Shown piece after piece: positions 56,220 through 64,000 of a DNA stretch of 64,000 bases. Source of the DNA: Verrucomicrobiales bacterium. GTDB lineage: Bacteria > Verrucomicrobiota > Verrucomicrobiia > Verrucomicrobiales > V1-33. The stretch is from assembly GCA_031411295.1 (NCBI GenBank), contig JANOAV010000010.1, positions 25,367 to 89,366 on the forward strand, given 5' to 3'. The notes under the pieces were generated by a model that saw only the letters and a program-made list of their open reading frames with translations, did no database searches and had not been told where the DNA came from. Made by a program: the position numbers and the translations under genes. Position 1 is the stretch's first letter. Each line of letters begins with the position of its first letter.

Positions 56220-56471
56220 ATGAAAACCAAATCCATCCTAACTATCCTGGCCAGCCTCCTCTTGGCTTCCTGCTCCACCACCAGTTCCTCCACCACGGGC
56301 GGTGTGAAATCGTATCCCTTAAAAACCTGTGTCGTCACCGGCAACGATCTCGGTTCCATGGGCGATGAACAGCGACTGGTCTATCAAGGCCAGGAAATGA
56401 AATTCTGCTGCAAGCCCTGCGTCGAAAAATTCCAGAAGAACCCAGCAAAATACCTCGCCAAGCTGCCGTAG
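56220..56471 (+). CDS. YHS/TRASH-like metal-binding lipoprotein
   Basis: LLASC lipobox; YPLKTCVVTG..LGSMG; YQGQEMKFCCKPC..KF.KNPAKY. Confidence 0.85.
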   Translation: MKTKSILTILASLLLASCSTTSSSTTGGVKSYPLKTCVVTGNDLGSMGDEQRLVYQGQEMKFCCKPCVEKFQKNPAKYLAKLP

Positions 56472-56665
56472 ATCCCCACGACTGGCGTTTACTCCGCAAG
56501 GAGCCGAGTCCTCCCGATGGGCATATTCCCTCAGAGTGTGCGATGAAATTCTGGTGGATCGCAGGACATCCGCCTGAAGCAGCGCTGGATGTCGAGTATC
56601 ATGAAATTGACGGCGTGTGCATTCCGTTCGCCTCCTCGCCTCATTGCCAGAACAGGTAGAATGTG

Positions 56666-56686
56666 GAGCAGTCCGCTGGACTGCTC
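56666..56686. repeat. REP-like hairpin GAGCAGTCC-GCT-GGACTGCTC
   Basis: Perfect 9-bp stem; 17-nt core AGCAGTCCGCTGGACTG also at 42993-43009. Confidence 0.6.
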
Positions 56687-56700
56687 AAATGCTCCATACT

Positions 56701-56728
56701 TCTTTGTGGTTTGTGTGTTCTTTGTGGC
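56701..56728. repeat. Short degenerate tandem (TCTTTGTG/TTTGTG) intergenic repeat
   Basis: TCTTTGTGGTTTGTGTGTTCTTTGTGGC; minus strand reads GCCACAAAGAACACACAAACCACAAAGA. Confidence 0.45.
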
Positions 56729-57286
56729 CAGACCCCGCAACCCTCGGAGAATGAAACCGTCCGGCCAGCTAAAGGTTAATCTGAGCAGCACAAATCTGAC
56801 AGGAAATCTATCTTCATCAACCTCGTGCGGAGGTCTTGAATTCCTTGAGATGCAATACTACCAGCCAAATAGTCACCAGAGTCATGATCCCCTGCCAGAA
56901 GGAAAGGCTCTGGGGCCAGCCAGGCGCAGCGCAGCGTTATCTCCCAGGCCGTCCGGGAGACTGTCCTTCGAAGAAATCAGCAAAATCCGCTGCCAAGAAA
57001 ACATTCTTGGCAACGGGGCCAGGAAGACCTATGCTCGGGCACATCAGAAATCAACCATGGACCGTCCCGTCATGTTATGCAAACCACCATCATTGCCCCC
57101 AGCAGGGCGGGCTCACCTCTGAATCATCCTTTCACTTTCATCATTCAGCCTTTCCACGCCCCTCTCTCCCCCCAGATCCCTCTCTCGCCGATTCCGATCC
57201 GCAATCCAACGCTGCCCTCAAAAAGCAAATCCCTTGGCGGGGCGGCTGGCTCCGACCAATAAATAAATATTTTCTTTCATCCCACC

Positions 57287-60200
57287 ATGAACAGCAGCCT
57301 CAGATTCCTTGCCCGCATCACGCATTTTCTCGCGATCTTTAGCTGCATCGCGATACTGCTGAATGCCCCACTGCCGGCGGCTCCGTTGGACAATTGGCAG
57401 TTGGTAACTCCGCTGCCGCAGGTCAATACGCTCTATGGGGTCAACTATGGCAATGGCAGGTTTGTAGCGGTCGGCGTGAGCGGCACTGTGATGACCTCCA
57501 CGGATGGTCAGCATTGGACTGTGCAGGCATCTGGCACCACGGCTGATCTCTATGATGTGGCGTATGGAAATCATCAGTTCATGGCCGTGGGGGCGGGATC
57601 CACTGTGCTGACTTCGCCCGATGGTGTTACGTGGATGAATCGAACCTCCAACATCCTGCCGCTGACTTTTGGACAGACGTTTCATGGCGCCGCTTTTGGT
57701 GCGGGGATATTTTCGTTGGTGGGAGGCCATTCATCGACCAGTGGTTCCACGAATATGTGGAGTCCAGATGGTGTAACCTGGCACTCCGCGTTGCTGCAGG
57801 TGCAAGATCCTCAGAATTCCCAAGTCGTGCTGCCTTGGTATTTTAACCGGATCGCCTACGGAAATGGACGCTTCGTGGCATCGGGCGATTATGGGGTGGT
57901 GGCCACGGGGACATTTGCGCAGGTTGGGTCGAGTGGCGGCACGCCTAGCTATAGCATCGTCTGGACGTATCCATTCCAGGCTGGCAGTATTGCCCTGGGT
58001 GGTGTTGCGTTTGGGAAAGGCGTATTTGCAACCATAGGATCCACGACCTCCGGCTCTCCTGGCGTGGCGGCGGAATCCTTCAATGGAGTCACTTGGACCT
58101 CGCAGGCAACACCGGGATACAACTTTTCGGTCGGCATCACTGGCATGACTTATGGTAACAATAATTTTGTCGCCACCGCATACGATCAGAGCATCTCCGT
58201 GAACCAACTGATCTCCTCTTTAGATGGCATCACTTGGATTGGCCGAGCGACGGGGAGTAGTTCGTTTGCTGGCGTTGGATTTGGAAACAATACATTCGTA
58301 AGCGTGGGCAGGTTTGGCGCACTAGGATATTCTACCGTGCCTGCTAGTCAAGTCGCCATCAACACGCAGCCAGCGGGCCAGACGGTGGTGGTTGGGGGAA
58401 ATGCTAGTTTCACCGTTGCGGCAACAGGCACGGCTCCATTGATCTACCAATGGAGGAAGAATGGGGCCAACCTAACCAGCAGTGGCACTGTTAGTGGGGT
58501 GAATATTTCCACGCTGTCTATCAGTAATGTTGCCACGACTGACTTTGGAATTTATTCCGTGTTAGTGAGCGATGCGAACGGAGTTGTGACCAGTATTGAT
58601 GCCCCGTTGGCAGTTGTGGCCAGCGCAGGTGGCATCCCAGTCAATCCCATTGGCACAGCCAGCGGCAAGCTCGCCATCAGTGCCGGCACGGGTGCCTTCA
58701 GTGCGCTAACATCTGGAAATAAGACCGTGACCATCCCTGCCGGGACCATTCTGAGCGGCACTATTTCGTTGCAAGCTATCAACACCGCCACTGCCGGGCA
58801 AAACGCGCCTCTGATCGTCACGCCATCCTGGGGTGACGATGCCACTAGCTGGAGAACGGTCAGCGCTAGCATCCCGACTGGCGCCTCCAGCCAGGTGGCC
58901 ACAGTCGCTGTGAAAGTGCCGGACAGCCCCGGCACCTATCATCTCAATTTAGCTTTCTTGTATGAGCCGTATGGTGCCCCGATTGCTTCTGCCACTAGCA
59001 CGAATCTCTCCCCTGCTTACAATGATGGCAATGATCTGGCACAGATCGGCCCTGCGCAGATTGCCATGTCGCAACTCAGCGGCTACACGATCATTCCGTT
59101 CCAGTTCCCCACGACTACCGTTGCTACCGGTTCAGCGCCCGTGTATTTCCCCAGCGATGTGGTGAACGTCGTGGTCACGGGAGCCACCGGGGCCGTGGGT
59201 TCCATGCAGGTCACGCTCGGATCGTCCGCACCCGTGGCTGCTGGTGCCCAATGGAACATCGATGGAGGTGCCTGGCATAATAGTGGAGACGCAGTGACGG
59301 GCGTGGCTGCGGGAAGTCGCACGGTAAATTTTAAGTCCGTAAGTGGTTATACTTCTCCTATTAGTCAAGCGGTGGAAGTCACTGCCAATGAGCTTTCCAC
59401 GACGTCCGCAGTCTATACTTATCCCGTCATTCTGGTGCAGCAACCTCTGGGCCGCACGCTCATCAACGGCAGTAGCGTGATTGATTTTGGCTCCACAATT
59501 CCTGCCCTGAGTCTGAGCCAAACATTCACGGTGCAAAATAGTGGCACTGCCATTCTTGCCCCGATCACACCAACCATCGACGGTTCAAATGCGGGAGATT
59601 TTATCGTGACCGCCCAGCCGATCACGCCTGTTCCGCCAGGTGCTAGCACCACTTTTGTCGTGAGGTTTACCCCTGACGCTATCACGAGCCGAAGTGCCGT
59701 GTTGCACCTTGCCAGTAATGATCCCCTAACGCCTGTTTTCAACATTAACCTAACAGGAACAGGTATCAGCGCAACGCATGTCAAGGCAGTCTACACTACG
59801 GGCGCAGAAGTGCCGATCACTGCCAGCAGCTTTACCGCCACGGGTAGCACATTGAGTTTCACGCTGAACCACGCGCCAGTGCCGGGAGCAATTTTAATGG
59901 TGGTAAAAGTCACGGGGCAGGAATTCATCGGGGGGAGCTTCAACAACCTCGCCCAAGGGCAGCTAGTGAATCTCGATTATGGCGGCACGCGCTACCATTT
60001 TGTCGCCAACTACTATGGTGGCACAGGTAATGATCTGGTGCTGCAATGGGCCGCCAATCGCTTGGTTGACTGGGGTTACGGAACGGATGGAGAACTGGGC
60101 GACGGCACCACCGCAGACAGCCTGCTGCCAGTTTCCGTGTCCATGTCTGGCGTGCTCAATAACAAAATCGTGATGGCCATTGCAGAAGGTGGCCATCACG

Positions 60201-61987
60201 CCTTGGCACTATGTGCAGACGGCACGCTAGCCGCTTGGGGTTATGGTAGGGATGGCGAATTAGGAAATGGCCTCAATGCGAATAGCAGCGTGCCGGTGCT
60301 GGTAAATCGTAGTGGTGCGCTGCTCAACAAAACCGTCGCGTTGATAGCCGCCGGGTCATATCACGGCCTGACTTTATGCACGGACGGCACCCTAGCCGCG
60401 TGGGGAGATCTGAACGGAAGTAGCGTGCCAGCGCTGGTGAATCAAACAGGTGCCCTGGCTGGCAAACGTATCGTGGCACTGTCTGGTGGTTGGACCAAGG
60501 ATCTTTTCCTAACTGCGGATGGCTCTGTCTTCACTTGGAGCGGTGGGAGTCCCACGCAGATAGATCAAACGGGTGTGCTCGCTAGCAAGACGGTCATCGC
60601 CGTATCCGCAGGCTATTCCCACTACCTCGTCCTGTGTTCCGATGGCACCCTAGCCTCATGGGGAACTAACACGAATGGTGAGCTAGGCAACGGCGGCATC
60701 AATGACCACGCCACCCCAGTGTTAGTAATTCAAACGGGCGTGCTGGCGGGCAAAAAGGTCGTTTCCATCGCAGCTGGGCTGTCGTATAGCGTCGTCGAAT
60801 GTGATGACGGCACGATGGCCACCTGGGGCGCTAATAATGTTGGTCAACTCGGAAATAACAGCACCACTGGCAGCAATGCGCCCGTGTTAGTGGATACGTC
60901 AGGCGTCCTTGCTCAGCGCAAGGTCGTTTCCTTTACCGCAGCAGAATACAACGTGCTGGCCACTTGTTCGGACGGAACCATAGCCACTTGGGGAGGCAAT
61001 GGATACGGGCAGTTAGGCATCGGCACCACCGCCGGCAGCACCGTGCCTGTGTTAGTCAGCACAGCGGGTCTGGCAGCAAATGAGCGCATGATCGCTGCGC
61101 AAGCATGTTCGAGCTCCGTGACCAGCCTGGCATTTGTTGCTAATAATATTTTTCCCGGCATCCTCTCAACTCCACCGCCAACCCTGACATGGATAAATGG
61201 AGGCAATGCCAACTGGACCATCCAGACCGCCATCAACCACGACGGAGTGGATGCCGCCCGCAGCGGGACCATTACCCACACCCAGGAAACCTGGTTGGAA
61301 ACCACCGTCGTGGGACCTGGCAGCCTGACCTTCTGGTGGAAAGTTTCCTCGGAAAGCAACTATGATTTCCTGGAATTCTATCTCGATGGAGCGCTGCAAA
61401 CAGGCCGTATCAGCGGCAGCGTGAACTGGGCGCAAAAATCCTATTCCGTCCTAGCAGGCAGTCATACCTTCCGCTGGAGATACGCCAAAGACGCCAGCAC
61501 CTCCTCTGGCACCGATGCTGGTTGGCTCGATGAAGTGACGTGGTCCCCCGTGGGCGGCTATCCCCTCTGGGCCGCAGGACAATTTCCCCCCACGCAATTA
61601 ACAAACGCTCTTTTTAGCGGCGCGACTGCCGACGCTGACAAAGATGGCGTGGTGAACCTCTTGGAATATGCCTTCAACCTGCCAGCCACGACCGTTTCCA
61701 ACACCCCGCTGACCCCAACCTCAGGCATTGCCGGATTGCCCGCTGTGAGTCAAACTGGCTCCGGTTCCACGCTACGGCTTCGTTTGGAATACATTCGGAA
61801 AACCTCCGGCCTGGACTACGAACCACAATTCTCAGCGTCTCTTTCCAATACTGGTGGCTGGACCGCAGCCACCGGAACAACCAGCGTCACCCCAATCAAC
61901 GCCGACTGGGAAAGAGTCATCACAGAAGACACCGCAGGCTCTGGCCAAGCAAAACGCTTTGGCAGAGTGAAGGTGACCGCGCCTTAA
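57287..61987 (+). CDS. Large multidomain surface protein (propeller repeats, Ig, choice-of-anchor-D/ASH-like, RCC1 repeats, MAM/CBM-like, C-terminal domain)
   Basis: YGNGRFVAVG/TSPDGVTW repeats; QP..QTV..G..ASF.V...YQWRKNG Ig; FTVQNSGTA; WG.N..GELG.G RCC1; FWWKVSSE.NYD; DADKDGVVNLLEYAF. Confidence 0.88.
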   Translation: MNSSLRFLARITHFLAIFSCIAILLNAPLPAAPLDNWQLVTPLPQVNTLYGVNYGNGRFVAVGVSGTVMTSTDGQHWTVQASGTTADLYDVAYGNHQFMAVGAGSTVLTSPDGVTWMNRTSNILPLTFGQTFHGAAFGAGIFSLVGGHSSTSGSTNMWSPDGVTWHSALLQVQDPQNSQVVLPWYFNRIAYGNGRFVASGDYGVVATGTFAQVGSSGGTPSYSIVWTYPFQAGSIALGGVAFGKGVFATIGSTTSGSPGVAAESFNGVTWTSQATPGYNFSVGITGMTYGNNNFVATAYDQSISVNQLISSLDGITWIGRATGSSSFAGVGFGNNTFVSVGRFGALGYSTVPASQVAINTQPAGQTVVVGGNASFTVAATGTAPLIYQWRKNGANLTSSGTVSGVNISTLSISNVATTDFGIYSVLVSDANGVVTSIDAPLAVVASAGGIPVNPIGTASGKLAISAGTGAFSALTSGNKTVTIPAGTILSGTISLQAINTATAGQNAPLIVTPSWGDDATSWRTVSASIPTGASSQVATVAVKVPDSPGTYHLNLAFLYEPYGAPIASATSTNLSPAYNDGNDLAQIGPAQIAMSQLSGYTIIPFQFPTTTVATGSAPVYFPSDVVNVVVTGATGAVGSMQVTLGSSAPVAAGAQWNIDGGAWHNSGDAVTGVAAGSRTVNFKSVSGYTSPISQAVEVTANELSTTSAVYTYPVILVQQPLGRTLINGSSVIDFGSTIPALSLSQTFTVQNSGTAILAPITPTIDGSNAGDFIVTAQPITPVPPGASTTFVVRFTPDAITSRSAVLHLASNDPLTPVFNINLTGTGISATHVKAVYTTGAEVPITASSFTATGSTLSFTLNHAPVPGAILMVVKVTGQEFIGGSFNNLAQGQLVNLDYGGTRYHFVANYYGGTGNDLVLQWAANRLVDWGYGTDGELGDGTTADSLLPVSVSMSGVLNNKIVMAIAEGGHHALALCADGTLAAWGYGRDGELGNGLNANSSVPVLVNRSGALLNKTVALIAAGSYHGLTLCTDGTLAAWGDLNGSSVPALVNQTGALAGKRIVALSGGWTKDLFLTADGSVFTWSGGSPTQIDQTGVLASKTVIAVSAGYSHYLVLCSDGTLASWGTNTNGELGNGGINDHATPVLVIQTGVLAGKKVVSIAAGLSYSVVECDDGTMATWGANNVGQLGNNSTTGSNAPVLVDTSGVLAQRKVVSFTAAEYNVLATCSDGTIATWGGNGYGQLGIGTTAGSTVPVLVSTAGLAANERMIAAQACSSSVTSLAFVANNIFPGILSTPPPTLTWINGGNANWTIQTAINHDGVDAARSGTITHTQETWLETTVVGPGSLTFWWKVSSESNYDFLEFYLDGALQTGRISGSVNWAQKSYSVLAGSHTFRWRYAKDASTSSGTDAGWLDEVTWSPVGGYPLWAAGQFPPTQLTNALFSGATADADKDGVVNLLEYAFNLPATTVSNTPLTPTSGIAGLPAVSQTGSGSTLRLRLEYIRKTSGLDYEPQFSASLSNTGGWTAATGTTSVTPINADWERVITEDTAGSGQAKRFGRVKVTAP

Positions 61988-62158
61988 AATCCAACGATAG
62001 ACTCCGATTTCAGAGATGTGCTATCCTAGCGACAGATTTACCAAATAAAGAGCCATCCAACTTATTGTTGCCCTTGCGCCGTGAAAGATCCCGCCCTCAT
62101 CCTCGCCGAAGCCCAGCGCCCCCTGGATCAAGCAGGCTATTCCTAGGCTGTCAAAAAA

Positions 62159-62204
62159 GACAGAGTAATTAAGTGATTGACTAATTGATTCCTGGGATTA
62201 TCCT
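62159..62204 (+). promoter_or_regulatory. Sigma70-like promoter plus upstream GACAG motif of RAYT copy 2 (probably leaderless)
   Basis: GACAG-N13-TTGACT-N16-TATCCT, ending 6 nt before the ATG at 62211. Confidence 0.65.
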
Positions 62205-62210
62205 CCCGTC

Positions 62211-63302
62211 ATGGCCCAAGCACGTCTCACAGTTACTTCGGAACCCACGGTTTATCATGCGATCACGCGCACGAGCCGGGGGCAGTTTTTATTTGGGGAT
62301 CTGGAGAAGGATCGGATGCGGAAGATGATTTGGCAGATGGCGGATTTTTGCGGGGTGGAGGTGCTGACCTATGCGGTGATGAGTAATCATGTTCACCTCG
62401 TGGTGCGGGTGCCGGTGAAGGATTCGATGGAGGTTGCGAACGGGGTGGCTGGGGCGGAGGGGATTCCTGCGGTGGCTGGGGCGGATGATTTGGTGGCGAA
62501 TGCGGAGGTGCTGCGGCGGTATGGGGTGCTGTATGGGAAGTCTGCGATGCAGGAGGCGGAACGAAATCTGGCAGAAGCTTCGGAAGAAATTTGGCAGGAT
62601 TTCAGGAAGCAATACCTTCCGATGATGCATGATCTTTCCTGGTTCATGCGGTTGTTGAAGCAACGGTTCGCTCGGTGGTTCAATGCGTTCCACAAGACGT
62701 TTGGGACGCTGTGGGCGGAGCGGTTTACCAGTGTGATCGTGGAGGGTGAAGGCGAGGCGTTGTTGGCAACGTGCGCTTATGTGGATTTGAATCCCGTGCG
62801 GGCTCGGCTGGTGAGTGATCCAAAGGATTATCGGTGGAGCGGCTATGGAGAGGCGGTGGGTGGCTTGGCGAAGGGGCGGACGGGCTTGGCCCGTGCCGCA
62901 GGAGAGATTGGCGTGGGAAACCTCACGCGGGATGAACTGGTTTGGAAGTATGGTCAGCAACCGACTGCGACCTGGAAATCCGTGCAGGCACGGTATCGGC
63001 TGATTTTATATGCGGTGGGACAGGTGCCTAAAGTGAAAGGTGGTCGGGCTCAGGGTGTGATTTCTGAGGAGGCTGGGGAGACTGTGAAAGCTGCGGCTGG
63101 CGAATTGCCGTGGGCGGTGGCGTTGCGGGATCGGGTGCGGTATTTTTCCCGCAGCGGGGTGCTGGGGACGAAAGAGTTTGTGGATCGAATCTTCGGACTA
63201 AAGCGGGATCGCTTCCCGGAGGGTCGCAAGGATGGGGCGCGGAAACTGCGTGGAGCGGTGGACTGGGGCGCGTTGCGAAGTCTGCGGGATTTGCGGGTGT
63301 GA
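62211..63302 (+). mobile_element. REP-associated tyrosine transposase-like (Y1/HUH) gene, copy 2
   Basis: YHAITR, MSNHVHLVV, LWAERFTSVIVE, YVDLNPVRA, DYRWSGYGEA. Confidence 0.9.
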
Positions 63303-63880
63303 TGGTGTTGCGCCTACAAAATCATTTACGTGGATTCCCAAGCTTGCTAGATTCTACTATCAGCGACTACAGATGATAAAATTGGCCCCGGTCCGCAGAC
63401 TGCGAGCAGCCCCTCTCTCCCCGTTTCCGATCTCCAATCCTACGCCCCCCTGAAAAAGCAAATTCCTATCAGACAGACAGAGACGCCATGGTGAAATGTG
63501 GCCCTTACCACTCAACGCTGCTATCGCTGGCAGTTCATGGTCTGCCGCTGGTCCCTCCCGCAAAGCAAAAGCGCCGACGCCCCATGCGGCTTCCGCGGAC
63601 AGTCCCAGCGTGAGCTGAAAGTGCCCGACCCACCCAATTTATAAACTTTGTGACCAGTTTTCCCGCTGCGTCGTCAATGAAGATATGACACGTCCGCTTT
63701 GCCAATTCCTCCTGTTTCAATTCATCCTGCTGTCCCTGGGTCACACCGCCATTCGCACGAACATTGGCATCACGATCCCGCAGCATGGTGGTGGGGCTAG
63801 TGGCTTGCATCAGTCAACCTGATGGGAGCCCCCCTCGGGAGGAGCCTACTGCGCTATGAGTTGGAGTCCCGCTTTTAAGC

Positions 63881-64000
63881 CAATGCCTTTAAGGATTGGT
63901 GATGGTGATGGTTTTGACGAGCGGTTGGGAGCTGGGGATTTTGGTTTTGGGCCAGGCTTTGACGGGTTGGCGCAGGGTGCGGGGACAGCTCCTCGGCGGG
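63881..64000 (-). mobile_element. Right end of a probable IS4-family insertion sequence (transposase C-terminus 63889-63999, partial)
   Basis: Minus frame PPRSCPRTLRQPVKAWPKTKIP...NP*; stop lies inside a terminal repeat starting CAATGCC (63881), typical of IS4-family ends. Confidence 0.65.

Noticed and set aside
56531..57342. Overlapping 60-177 aa ORFs and a possible cobalamin-riboswitch-like GCCAGGAAGACCT
   Set aside because: No recognisable protein features, and the other conserved riboswitch elements could not be found
63360..63810. 67-aa and 91-aa minus-strand ORFs
   Set aside because: No motifs or clear RBS; probably debris between the RAYT gene and the IS end
1..64000. tRNA, rRNA or CRISPR array
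   Set aside because: No cloverleaf/T-loop context, rRNA-like stretch or regularly spaced direct repeats with unique spacers were seen

Overview
GC-rich bacterial chromosomal segment, most likely Verrucomicrobiota. This is inferred from PVC-type gene families: DUF1592/PSD cytochrome, planctomycete cytochrome c-LRR, WD40 Ser/Thr kinase and an FTYQGRL fibre protein. About 45 CDS are present, including carB, a stand-alone nuoD, trxA, an NtrC-type regulator, a partial type II secretion cluster with a secretin, a DUF350-YgiB-YgiC operon, a copper oxidase locus, two HtrA-like genes, two RAYT/Y1 HUH transposases and the right end of an IS4-family element. No tRNA, rRNA or CRISPR array was seen. The main finding is an exact bipartite motif, TGAAAC-N15-CGCAGAGA, occurring three times. 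It ties an uncharacterised secreted operon (fibre-like protein with a putative autocleaving chaperone domain, a metzincin, and a small DGGGG protein) to a convergent Ser/Thr kinase-WD40 gene, suggesting a kinase/ECF-sigma-controlled surface system. Other highlights: a perfect Rex/CRP-type palindrome before nuoD, a motif shared upstream of both RAYT genes, a nested ~420-bp palindromic element, an unlisted 59-aa basic protein, and an active/pseudo HtrA pair. All product calls are by motif recognition only; no database searches were run.
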